From Octopus bimaculoides (taxonomy: Eukaryota), in NCBI RefSeq assembly GCF_001194135.2, contig NC_068993.1, positions 44,683,460-44,747,459 of the forward strand: DNA of 64,000 nucleotides, given 5' to 3'. Below are positions 41,388-53,200 of the stretch, in pieces. Below the pieces are notes generated by a model. The model was not told the DNA's origin, made no database searches, and saw only the letters and a program-made list of their open reading frames with translations. Every line of letters begins with the position of its first letter. Position 1 is the stretch's first letter. Made by a program: the position numbers and the translations under genes.

Positions 41388-41973
41388 ATCCAGCCCAAGT
41401 ATTCTATTTGTTTTATGCCTTTCTTGGTCCTTCACACCTACCCTACAATGTCATTCTAAGAATCAACAAATACATCGTCGAAATCTTGAAGCTACAAGAT
41501 AATGCATAATTAATCCAAAACAATGTGAATAAATAAGCATTACATGTGACTAAGTAATCTAAATGTTAAAGGGTTAAACTCTGGATGTAAAGGGACGTAA
41601 CTAATGCATTTTTATTCTGTGAGCTTCTGTTGCTGTCATTCGCCTAGCACAAGGCCTGAAATTTTGGGAGAGGTGACATAATCAATTACATCGACTCCAG
41701 TGCTCAACTGGAGTCGATGGAGTCAACATCGACCCTGAAAGGATGAAAGGCAAAGTCAATCTCTGTGACATTCGAATCAGAACACGAAGACAGATGAAAT
41801 GCCACTAAGTATTTTGTCTGTGTGCTAACGATTCTGCCAGCTAGTCACTTTCAGTAGCCATTTAATAAGAATTTCATATATTAGCGTAAAGCCACATATT
41901 TGAAGGAAAAGTGCTTGGTCAATAGAATCAAATTCTGTATATTATTGGAAAATATCAATATCTATTCAGAAAG

Positions 41974-42004
<31 letters not shown>

Positions 42005-42350
42005 TTTAATGTCCACTTTTTCATGCAAGCATGGAAAAATAGGTAGGCAAAGTTTATTGAAGCAGATTTTCAATACCCTGATACCCTTCCTTTTGCCATC
42101 TCTGATTCGTTTCCAAACAAGATAATATTCTTCCATGTTTGCCACTGACTACTCTCTCTCTCTCTCTCTCTCTTTCTTTCTGTCAATCTCCCACTTACAC
42201 ATTTATCTATCTAATCTACCTCTCTTTATAATACTTCCTTTCTCAGAGCAACCACTACTTTCTCCATCAAATTGTGGCCAGGAGAAGGAAACTAGTAAAT
42301 GAAAAAATTGGTATGTGACTAAATGTATTATACATTAAAGTAATACTCAC

Positions 42351-42424
42351 GTTTTTTTCCATTAATATGATCCAAGAAGTTAATAGAATCTTTGACAACA
42401 CAATCACAGACATTGCAATAATAT
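42351..42424 (-). CDS. ZMAT2: ZMAT2 exon, matrin-type C2H2 zinc finger ([24 protein letters not shown])
   Basis: Hallmark ZMAT2 zinc-finger sequence. tttag acceptor and C|gtgagt donor; phase 2 in, 1 out. Confidence 0.95.
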
Positions 42425-43139
42425 CTAAAATAAAAGAAAAGCAATAGTTTATATCATGAAGAACAGTTTAAGCAATCAAGCCAATAATGCATAGTTTAAT
42501 GTTAAGATCTTAGCTAAAATTACCAAGTACATGTATAATAAAGTATGAGTACAGACAGGACTGTGCAAATGAAGTTCACTTTGTAACTATGAGGCTTCAG
42601 GTCTGACCCCATAGTACAACACAGTGAACAATTGTCTTCTGTAATAGCCTCAGGTCAACTAAAGATTTGAGAGTGGAACTTGGTTGAAGGAAACTGTATG
42701 GAAGCTCATCAACAGGACTGTTCCTGAGTAGAAGACAGTCAATCACCTTGATTGGACAGTAGACTTAATCTGTCATCCAATTAAATACCACCCTTTCTTC
42801 CACCTATCACATGTGAAGAAGGCTATGGACACTGTCCTTTCTCTACTGACTAAGCCATTATGAAAAAACAAGGAAGAAAAAATGGTAATACAATTATATG
42901 AACAAGTGTATCTATTGAAGTGTTTGAGTGGATAACAGAGTGAATTTCACTTATATGGATGTTGGCATAGTTGTGTAGTTAAGACATTTACTTCCTAACC
43001 ACATGGTTTTGGGTTCAGTCCTACTGTGTGACACTTTGAGTAACTGTTTTCTACTATAGCCCTGGGCTGATTAAAACTTGTGACTGGGTGGCTGGGTTTG
43101 GTAGATAGAAAATGAAAGAAGGCAGTCATATATATATGT

Positions 43140-43264
43140 GTGCCAGTGCCATGTAAAAGCGCCCATGCTGGTACCTCGTAAAAGCATCCATGCCAGTACC
43201 ATGTAAAAGTGCCCATGGCAGTGCCACATAGAAGCATCTGTGCCAATGCCATGTAAAAGCACCC
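43140..43264 (+). repeat. Five 25-bp tandem units (RTGCCAGTGCCATGTAAAAGCRCCC) at the start of an RTE 3' fragment
   Basis: Units counted directly; they run into CAGTACACTCTGTGAAGTGGTTAGCATTAGGAAGGG (RTE UTR). Confidence 0.85.
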
Positions 43265-44089
43265 AGTACACTCTGTGAAGTGGTTAGCATTAGGAAGGGC
43301 ATCCAACTGTAGAAACCATACCAAAATAGATAATTCGAACCAGGGCAGCATGGAAAGCAGAAGGTAAGTGGTGAGGGTGATGCATGCATGTATGTATGTG
43401 AGCGTGTGAATATGTACATGTTTGTTTTGACATCATGTGATAATTGTAAATGAGTGTCACTCTCATACTAACAGTGTCGTTAATTTCCAATATTCTGTGA
43501 AATACTTCTAGCCATGGGGAAATATGACCTTGCTTGGAAACAAGTGAGGATTGGCTACAGGAAGGACATCCAACCATAGAAAATCAGCCTCAAACTCTGT
43601 CCAACCCATGCAAGCACAGAAAATTGGATGTTAAAACGATGCTAAAAATGGACCTCAGTAGTTGAATGATGCTTATTTTATTGAGCCTGATAACATGAAA
43701 CACAAAGCTCACTTTTTAGGAAGATCTGAAATCAGAATGTAAATGGTTGCTAAGAAACACAAGAAATTTACCGCTAGAGATTTTGTTCTACTCCTAAACA
43801 AGTTATAGCTGTATGATGTATGTATTACACAGTAATTTAGCCAGAAAGATAGTATATATGTGTGTGTGTGAAAAATAGGGAAGGCAGAGTATGAAGCAGA
43901 GTGGGAGATGACTTAATCTGTTGTATGAATAAACACAGGAGCAGTTGTTGAATTCTGCTACTGGTTCAGCACTGTATAGACGCTGTCAACTGAGAAGGGA
44001 GACCACTCTAATTTTATAGAGGAATAATCAATATAACAACAACAACAACATTTTGCCACAAGGGCAGCCATTTTAGGGGAGGGGATAAG

Positions 44090-44930
44090 TCGGATTACAT
44101 ACTTGACATCAAGTGGCTGTGAAGAGTCTGAGATGACATCAGGTTCACTGTCTACAACACAGACACTGGATTAGACATGCCCTCAGACAAAATCAACAAA
44201 GTGACTGTATGGTGGCACTAACATGGAAGCCCGAGGGAAAAAGCAGCAAGGTACTCTAAAACTACATGACAAAGGGCCATTGACAAGGAAAGGAGACAAG
44301 AAGGGTGGAGAAGCTGGAATGAAACCAGAAGAGTGGCAGAAAACAGAGAGATCGTGCTGTGGCCTTATGTACCTCATGGCACAGAGAACTGACTCATAGG
44401 TATGTATTATAGATATAATACATATATAATGCAAAAACACCCTGCAGACTGTGATAGTCTATAAAATAAAAATAAAATTTTAAAATTTATTCTTTCTGTG
44501 TGGGCTCAGTACTTGCCCAGTACTTGGTGGTTGGGGATCCCAGCAGTAGTAAGATGTGGGAAGTGAAGACTAGCTGTTGAATATTAAGGAAAAATAAGTT
44601 GTGCAGCGCATTTGATATTGTCCAACAGCGAGACTTGGCTAGCGAATGAAATATACTTAAGTGTTGTACATGAAATGCTAAATGTATAATGTTAATTTGA
44701 AAGAAAGGATATATAAGTGAACTGAGAGTGTGGCTGGGCATGAAAAGTGTTAACTGAAGTGAATAGGAAAGACAACTGTGCTGGTACAGACACAGAATGT
44801 AAAGAGATAACACCTGTTGTGAGTAAAAACAATAACACCTATGAGCTAAAGTGAATGTGAGTGTATATTGAAGGTTTCCATTAACCAAAAGGACCAAAAA
44901 CGATAATGAGGCCCGGATCTGAGAATGTTC
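44090..44930 (+). mobile_element. Two old RTE ORF2 C-terminal remnants
   Basis: RHWIRHALRQ..VALTWKPEGK..ALCTSWH (44160-44390) and ELRVWLGMKSV..RQLCWYRH (44720-44800). Confidence 0.55.
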
Positions 44931-45197
44931 ACAGATGAGATGTACAATTCAGAAAAATGTTAGAAAGAGAGATAGAGAGTGCAAGAAAGAGAAAGAGAGA
45001 ATGAAGGGAAAAGAAGAAGGAGAATGAGGTGAAGCAGAAGAGACAATGTGAGGAAGAGAGTAAGGGGGAGAAAGAGAGAGAGAAAAGAAAAGAAAAACTG
45101 AGGAAATGAAAAAGAGAGGGAGGGAGAGAAATTATATTTAATACCATTATTTAAAATAAATTATGCTCCAATGGAAGAGAAAGAAATGAATACAAAC

Positions 45198-45268
45198 CCT
45201 CCTTGCTGAGATGCTGGCGTTGTCTTGGTTATAACCATAGATTTACCCAACTTTGATTCAAGATCGAC
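45198..45268 (-). CDS. ZMAT2: ZMAT2 exon (VDLESKLGKSMVITKTTPASQQGG)
   Basis: Matches conserved VDLESKLGK..VITKTTP. tag acceptor and GG|gtttgt donor; phase 0 in, 2 out. Confidence 0.93.
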
Positions 45269-45998
45269 CTATGTAGAAGAGAGAAACCACCACATTGAAA
45301 TATAACCAAGTAGTAAAGAAGGAAATAACAACAAAAAAGTTCTCCAATTGAACATTATTGATGAGACAATGGCAGAACAGAAGTGATTGATTTATTGCTT
45401 CTATGGTTTCCCTAACTCACAGAAGAACCATTGTAGATGGTGTTTCTTGAGGGATAATACCCTTCACAGGTACCAGTTACATGACACCTGTATCTGTCAC
45501 GACTATGATTTCACTTGGCTTGATGGGTCTTCTTCTCAAGCACAGTATATTGCCAAAGATCTCAGTCATTTGTCATTGCCTCCATGAGGTCATTAATATA
45601 TATTGGAAAGGAGGGAGAGAGTGTCATTAACACATTCAGAAGAAGTGTACTAATGGTGTAAGAAAATTGTCTTTAATAAAAAAAAAATCAAAACCTGAGA
45701 ATGGATTCCATTCATCAAGAATTTTTTTTACACTACAAAAATCCTTCATTATTGCCACAATAATATTGATGCTACTAGTACTTATTTTTCTTTACTCCTG
45801 AAGTAGTGAATGCTGAAGTCAAATCTAGTGGGATTTGAAATGATATTGTATGACACTATTATTTCAACCAACAACAATAAATACTGATTTCTTATATTAG
45901 CACAAGGTTTCAGCAACAACAAATATTTGTATAAGAAAAAGCAATAAATATTGACATGTAAATAACAACAAAGATACTACAGCTCTATTAATCCATAC

Positions 45999-46151
45999 CC
46001 TGTAGTCACGGGGTTGCAGTAATGCTCGTTTTACTGGTGGTTCCTTTAGATTTTTGTCCAGCTGACACAGCTGTTCAGCTTTGAGCCTTTCACTAGCAAG
46101 TCTCTCATATTCTTCGCGATCCCACTTTCTGCGATGGTCTGCAGCAGATTT
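45999..46151 (-). CDS. ZMAT2: ZMAT2 exon (KSAADHRRKWDREEYERLASERLKAEQLCQLDKNLKEPPVKRALLQPRDYR)
   Basis: Contains the conserved RRKWD..EYE and PVKR.LL..RDY motifs. ttttgctag acceptor and AGG|gtatgg donor; 153 bp, phase 0/0. Confidence 0.93.
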
Positions 46152-46609
46152 CTAGCAAAAGAAGCAATATTAAAAATTAAAATAATAATAAAGTAATAAT
46201 TAGTATTCTTTCATATGTATGATAATTAGAAATTGTAATCAAAGAAATAACAGAAGTGTAAGCTACAAAGCATAAACGATAAAATATAAATTAAAGCTTC
46301 CTTTCATATGATTCAATACCTATGTAAACATTTTATACAGTGCCAGGGAACAGCAAGAGTTAGTACTAAGATCATCTGGGAAAAGGTAGAGGAGAAATAA
46401 ATCTGATGCTCCTATGAAATTTTGTATGTAAACCCCTGAAGTTATATGAAGTAAAAGTGTAAATTAAGTGTGCTTGTAAATAACCAGAGAGCTGCAGCAG
46501 ATTTGAACTCAGCTATTTAGCATAATTAGCAAATAATCAAGGAAATGACTGATGTGTAAACCAAGATATATCAACAGTAAAATCAAAATCAATGCTTCAT
46601 TTCATAAAC

Positions 46610-46945
46610 GGGTAAAGACCTTCTTCAGTCACAAATGACCATGGAATTGCATCTAGAAAGTTCCCTTCCAAAGAACAAGTCTGGGTAAGGTTGTTTGTGG
46701 AAGACTAGCTGTCACCCATGCATACCAGTTTCCTCTCTCCATGCAACTGATGTTGTCCAAGGTAAAGGCAAATGCTGATACAGCTTGGCACCAGTGACAT
46801 CATGATTAATTTCTACAGATGAATGAACTGGAGCAACATGAAATAAGGTGTCTTGCTCAAGAACACTATACATAGCGCTGTTCAAGAAGCAAACTCACAA
46901 CCTTATGACTATAAGCCTGATGCTTTAACCAGAGCCATGTGCCTT
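46610..46945 (-). mobile_element. SINE family E: family D-like head and centre with an unrelated tail
   Basis: Shares TTGAGCAAGACACCTTATTTCATGTTGCTCCAGTTCA with 35499-35818, then diverges. Confidence 0.55.
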
Positions 46946-47531
46946 CATGCTTCATTTCATATAACTCAATATATAAATGCTTCCCATAGTACCAAGGGAC
47001 AGTTAAGAGTTAGTATTCAGATCACCTGGCCTTAAGTGCCTGGGAAATAAATCTCCTCCTGGATAGACTGCCAGTCTACTGCAGGTGACACTCCTATATG
47101 CCTCTTTCGCTGATGTTAGGTGAAAGTGTAAATTAAGTGTACTTATGAAATAAACGACCAGAGACCTTCAATAGATCTGAAGTCAAGTACGCCTGAACAA
47201 AAGGTCAGGTACACTACTCACTTGGCTATTTTGTTCTTTAGCCAAAATACAGATAAAGTGGATGACTGAATGCGTATTTATGAACTGCGGATATCGATAC
47301 TAATACAACTGATGCCCAACTTGGACATTTGCAGGAAAATCATGGTCATGAAGGAACCATAAATCTGCAACAGAGTAAACACTCCTAAAGGCACTCAAAC
47401 GGGACAGAGTGGTTCAGTAAATTCGGTTATTTGATCCCGTCGTCTCGTGTTGTGCGTTACTAGCATAAATACAAAGATAACTGACTATCATCTAACGTAC
47501 GAGACCCTTCTTTTTTGAGAAAAATAGTTAC

Positions 47532-47534
47532 CAT
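47532..47534 (-). CDS. ZMAT2: Candidate ZMAT2 start-codon-only first coding exon (ATG|gtaact)
   Basis: The next exon has no Met and an in-frame TAG in its acceptor, so a phase-0 upstream exon is required. This is the best ATG-plus-donor I found and gives a 193-aa protein; alternatives exist. Confidence 0.35.
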
Positions 47535-47635
47535 TAATACACATAAGAACTATTTTCATTTACGGTGGGGGGGGGGTGCAGGAGGAAATTCGATGAGTGA
47601 GCTACAATCGTAAGGATAAAACCCATTCGTCAAAG

Positions 47636-47975
47636 GTTGGCACTCCGTCGGTTACGACGACGAGGGTTCCAGTTGATCCGATCAACGGAACAGCCTGCTC
47701 GTGAAATTAACGTGCAAGTGGCTGAGCACTCCACAGACATGTGTACCCTTAACGTAGTTCTCGAGGAAATTCAGCGTGACACAGAGTATGACAAGGATGG
47801 CCCTTTGAAACAGGAAGAAAAAATGAGAGAAAGTTGTGGTGAAAGAGTAAAGCAGGGTTCGCCACCATTCCCTGCCGGAGCTCTGTAAACACTCACAACG
47901 CCCGGTCTGGGAATCGAAACCGCCATCCTACGACCGCGAGTCCGCTGCCCTAACCACTGGGCCATTGCGCCTCCA
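47636..47975 (-). mobile_element. SINE family B with internal deletions and a 12-bp target-site duplication
   Basis: TSD cattcgtcaaag (47624-47635) / cattcgtcgaag (47976-47987); CpGs intact. Confidence 0.85.
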
Positions 47976-49524
47976 CATTCGTCGAAGAGAGAGTTATAAA
48001 AACTGAATATTATATCTTTAGATAAAATATAAAGCAATTATCTATGTGCAATAAATATAAAATTTTAAAATTCCTTGAAGATAAAAATATCGAAGTTTTG
48101 GGCTATTTATTGTAGAGCAATGAAGCGATTTTACATTCAAGAAAAAAACAAACAAAATAAAACAAAAACAACAAAAAAGAGCATTTCTTGGGTGTACACT
48201 GCTGCCAGCTTTTGTAATGAAAACAACGATATTTAAGCGGTTAATGTATCTATGAAAATACTTTTGAATACAAAATTTAATTCAATGTTGACAAAAATCC
48301 AAGCACATTTTACGATTAAATGACAGAATTTGAGCCAATGAAACGTGTTGATTTTAATAATGAAAGAAATATCGAAATTAGCTTGGGATAGTTGTGAATG
48401 AAAATATGTAAATAATATAGTTTAAGAATATTTTATGTTTTAAAATAGAACAAATTATAAAGTTGTTTGCACAAAATACCTCGTAGGAAGCCATTTTTGA
48501 CTCTGACTTGATTGCACTCAACACGAGTATACTACTAAAACAAGCATGACACGTTCAGCTGATTTGTACCTATTTTAAAATAGTTTTTAAGGAATACATT
48601 CACTAATTTATTAAATACAAATCTATATTTATATAGGCTAGTTATAACTATCAACTGAATCTATTTGATCCTTTTGTTATCATGTTTCTATTAAAATTCA
48701 TTGCTTTATTTAAATTAATTTTGAAATTCATGAAGTATTTAGTTAAAATAATTTTGTCCTTATTAATCTGGGGTCTCAAACTTAAATGAACATGGATGTT
48801 TGATGGGGAGTTTTAATTTAGATCACTTGAAAAAGGCGAAGTTTGTATCATGGAACAGGAAGCAGTCTTGGGTGGGTTGATATTGAAAGGGTATACTATT
48901 GGTATATATTTTACCAACTCCATCCAAATCTTTGCCCTAAAGAGAGACCTTATATACACATAGGAGGGTCCAATCTATTTAATGTAGAAGCAGAAAAATA
49001 TTTGATCCAAGCAATGAGAGGACAAATCTTTGAGGGATGTTTCCTACTCACATACAAACAATATTGTTTTTTGTTGTTTTTTTTTTTGTCTTAAAAAGTT
49101 ATAAAAATAAGTTATTTAAATTTTCGATTTTGTTTTGTAATCTAAAAATTTTTGATCTGAAACTGAGTTGAAACCAATATTTTTATATTATAAAGCCTAT
49201 AAGCACACTCACCAGTTGTTTGTCTATATTTCTCTTTTCTTCCCTCCCAAAGCAGTTGATGTCTGTTCATGACTCCCCAAATATTTTTCACTAGTTCGTT
49301 TCTATCCTTTTTAATAGTTATACAATTTTTAAACCATTTAACTGTTGCTACATCTCTATAAATATTTTTGGGGACATAAACGAACATCAGCAGCTTTGAA
49401 AAAAGTAAAAAGAAATGAGATATAGACAAACAACATGAGTGTGTTTATGGACTTTGTAAATAAGGGCTCTTCCCACATATGATAATAGTTATTTTAATTA
49501 TAATTTCTCTCAAAGAAAACGATG

Positions 49525-49615
49525 CCCCTGCAGAGGGACTTGAACTCGCGATTCTCAGATCAATTTTGAGGTTATGTCTTAAAGTTCGATGCTCTACCAA
49601 CCGAGCTATGCAGAC
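49525..49615 (-). tRNA. tRNA-Lys(TTT)-like gene or pseudogene with TTA anticodon and an 18-nt insertion after position 37
   Basis: Minus strand reads GTCTGCA TAGCTCGGTTGGTAGAGC A TCGAA CTTTAA [GACATAACCTCAAAATTG] A TCTGA GAATC GCGAG TTCAAGT CCCTC TGCAGGG G. It has A and B boxes and a downstream TTTT, but mismatches in the anticodon and T stems. Confidence 0.55.
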
Positions 49616-50094
49616 AGACTCAAAGTCAGTGAGTCCAAACTGTAAAATACTGGTCCTATACATTTTTTGGAAACCTGATATTACGCATGCGCACAGTTAT
49701 CTCGTTTAAGTGAGTGACTACAACGACGACGACGACGTGTCTTCTGCTGGGAAATCACTGTTGTTATTATTATTGTTGATACTTCATTCACCAACATTAC
49801 ATGTAGTAATCTCCTGCATTGACGGTGAATAATTTGGTTGAAAGATTATAGCTAGTGAATTTGGTAAGTATTCACGATAGTTTTTACAACAACACAATAA
49901 ATATTAATCCCGTCAGCTGTCTTCAATTGTCACCAGATGTTATTCAATGCTTCAAAAAAAAAATTCCTACCCTCAGCAACGTCTGGTTAATTCATAGATA
50001 ATATATACTACGTCATTCATTGCATTTATTTCACTTTTCTAGTATTTTCACTTGTCTTTCTTTTTGACTTGTTTTCTTTATTATTCCCTTATCA

Positions 50095-50483
50095 TTTTAC
50101 TCTTTTACTCTTTTACTTGTTTCAGTCATTTGACTGCGGCCATGCTGGAGCACCGCCTTTTAGTCGAGCAAATCGACCCCAGGACTTTTGTAAGCCTAGT
50201 ACTTATTGTATCGGTCTGTTTTGCCGAACCGCCAAGTTACGGGGACGTAAACACACCAGCATCGGTTGTCAAGCGATGTTGGGTGGACAGACACAGAAAC
50301 ACATACATATATATAGATATACATATATACGACGGGCTTCTTTCAGTTTCCGTCTACAAAATCTACTCACAAGGCTTTGGTCGGCCCGAGGCTATAGTAG
50401 AAGACACTTGCCCAAGGTGCCATCCAGTGGGAATGAACCCGGAACCATGTGGTTCATAAGCAAGCTACTTACCACATAGCCAC
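50095..50483 (-). mobile_element. tRNA-derived SINE family C (CORE-like CCTTGGGCAAGTG centre), near full length
   Basis: Minus-strand head GTGGCTATGTGGTAAGTAGC...GGTTCCGGGTTCATTCCC. Decayed copies at ~5260-5405, 21225-21605, 34095-34430, 34725-34870, 39405-39545, 40050-40190, 42965-43130, 52065-52200, 54015-54370 and 60035-60600. Confidence 0.8.
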
Positions 50484-52619
50484 ATAACATCTCCTTCAGA
50501 GGTGTGTGTGTGTGTAAAGATAGAATAAATAATTAAATAAACAAAAACAGCAAATCGTATATTTATATGATACAAAAAAGAGAAAAGCTGTCCACACCAC
50601 TGAGTGGAAAAGGTGATCAAAATTCTACGTATAATTTTAACAAGTGTTCTAATATGTCATGCGAGAAAGCTTTGAAAATCCAGTCGTGGGAATATGGACA
50701 GCAACCTGTTGAGTAATGTCACGTTGTTATTGTTTAGCAAACCTGAGCAAGCAGCGGCATTTCAACGGAGACCGTCCCGCCCATTTTTTTTCAACGGTAT
50801 TTAAAAATAAATTACATTTAAAGACGGTAGGACGTGTGTGTGTGTCGAAGGTGGTTTGTGTGCTACTTCTAGTAAGTCGGGTGGCCAAATAGAAGCTCTT
50901 TCGTGAATCGGGTTGTCACGTTATTATATCATCTAACTTATCGAACTGATTATAAAATTAACCACTTGTTCGGATATATTTCATGCTTGGCAAGTTCAAT
51001 TCATACAAGATATAAACAGTGTGCCCCCCACCCCACAACCTGACATGGTGCATAATTAATTAATTGAGTGTGAATTCCTTTATACTTTGCTTATCAATTA
51101 CCGATTTCTTGATTTTCTTTTCTTTTTTTTTTGTGTGTGTTATTTCTTTCTGTATACTTTTGTAAATAGTATGTAATATAGCAGTCACCCCGATTGCAGC
51201 AGAAGCGTATCATATAAATCTGTGATAATGGATTAATAATTAGAAAAACACTCATAATAAAAAAATAAATAAATAAATCGATAGAAATCTACGATCTGTG
51301 ACAAACGCTAGAGTTCGTTGACGTAAACTTAAATGCGACTCGGGTGGTTGGTCCCAGAAGAGGAATTCCTTGAGATACAGAGGATTGTAAAACATACGGG
51401 AGATGTTGAGATCATCGGGTGAGGGTGAACGAAAAACAGTGTGTGAAACATGGAACTTGTGAAGTGTTATCCACGTTGTAAGATTTTAGAAGAATGCTGC
51501 GTGCTTAAATTGGTTACTGTCTCTTGCAATAATAATACGTCGATTCTAGTTGATTTAAAGTGTCATTTTGTTATTGTTGTTGCTGCTAATCTTTATTATT
51601 AATATTGTATATAAGTTTCTAGCAATTATTGTTATTTTTAACTCTGTGCCAACCGTGATTCAACAGTGACAAAAAGAAATCTGTCCTTGACCTTCATGTC
51701 TTTTCGTATATCAAGGACTACATTGTGCAGTGTGTCCTTTCTGTTTTAAGAATGTAGAGTTTGATTTGACGGAATTTGGTGCTATTCCTACCAGGCCGAG
51801 CTACCACGAAGAACCTTTCTCTTTAACTCATGAATTTAATTTACCTCATAGCGAATTTAATTACATGTATATATTCGGTCTCAAGATTTATTGAAAGGGG
51901 GAAAAACATCATGTGACGTGCATACATTTTCTTTCTAGCATTAAAGATGTAGGAGAAGCGAAATGGCAGCAGCTGGAAATAGCAGCAACTGGAAATAAAA
52001 ATTGAACTGTAGGGGTGGTTTGCTGGGACACTTCCCCACTAAATAGCTGTGTAGTTAAAAACATTTGCTTTGTAGCTATATGGTTCTAAGTTCAAACCCA
52101 CTATGAGGTACTTTGGGCAACTATCGCCTGACATTGTCTTCAGCTGACTAATACCTTGTGAGTAGAATTTGGTATGCAAAAACTACAGAATCTCATTGTC
52201 TGCTTGGACTTGAAAACTTATGTACATAGCAAACTAATATGTTGACGTTTTTCGTCATTTGGATAGCATCATTAGTTTTATAGATGTTTGGAAGACTTTT
52301 GCACTCCCAATATGGCAACAATGTCTTTGAATTGACCTAGCATATCAATCTAAGCAGATTCTTTTTTCAGCCTTATGTATTTTAAACATCTTACGTGTTC
52401 GTTTGTATGAAAAGGTGCATGTAAATGTTTTTATTTAACTTGTGTTCCTCAATACTTTTAAGACATAACCTACTTATATAATATGATTCTGATTTAAACT
52501 CAGGGAATCATTAAAAAGACTCTGACTATGGCTTTACTTGTTCCAATAATGATGCCTTCACATATTTCTTTTCTACCTATACAATGATTTAAATACCAAT
52601 TGTTACTAAATTTCACTGT

Positions 52620-53200
52620 TTTCACCACCTGATGAAATGCTTACTAAGAAAGAAACTACATGGCTACTTAATAATGGTATCACTGAGCCCTCAATCTCTC
52701 CAAGAAGAGCACAAATGGTAGTGGTAAGGATAGTAGCAAACAATGCCTTGTTATCAACTGCTCACAAAGGATAAATTGTTGCTGCTTGCAAAATGCGTTT
52801 CCTCTTCCTAATATTGAAGATCTCATGTGTTCACGTTTCCTACAATATATTCTACGGTAAGCTATATCTGATAGCAGGCCTCCATTAAATTCCATCACTT
52901 CAATGTTGATAAAAGTTACATCAAATTTCAAGCTGATACATGTTCCTCTTTACAAGGTTACACTTTGATGTGATTAATATTGTAAGTTATTTTCAAACTG
53001 TGATCTTTAATTGAATATTTACAATGATATCAAAGGTGTCTACAGCTACCTCAACAAGAACTGGACTTCACGCTGGTCAAAAGTCCTCTACCATTCTTTA
53101 ATTCTTAGAATTACTTGATTGGTATCGTGGATGAGTTTTCAAGGTTTGCCTTTGTATGTTTAGAGATAAGAGTAATATCTTGTCTTTAAAATATGTACTT
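52620..53200 (+). mobile_element. Decayed Ty3/gypsy LTR-retrotransposon pol remnant (RT and integrase fragments)
   Basis: Frameshifted pieces LLNNGITEPSISP.RAQ.VVV, FPLPNIEDL, DKSYIKFQAD and GVYSYL (RT), then IVDEFSRFAF (integrase core). Confidence 0.75.

Larger units (their letters stand above)
47280..51700. promoter_or_regulatory. CpG-retaining divergent promoter interval between ZMAT2 and FAM114A2
   Basis: CpGs are visibly more frequent here than in the gene bodies, and SINE copies here keep their CpGs. Strong + strand donors at 49863 (TG|gtaagt) and 50872 (CTA|gtaagt) are candidate ends of a non-coding first exon. Confidence 0.45.

Noticed and set aside
43140-43264. CRISPR-like regular repeats
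   Set aside because: The units are contiguous with no unique spacers, derive from an RTE UTR motif, and there are no cas genes in this eukaryotic context.
51931-52012. Possible 5' UTR exon with uORF MAAAGNSSNWK*
   Set aside because: Supported only by an acceptor-like tract; the donor is weak and the sequence is a short internal duplication.
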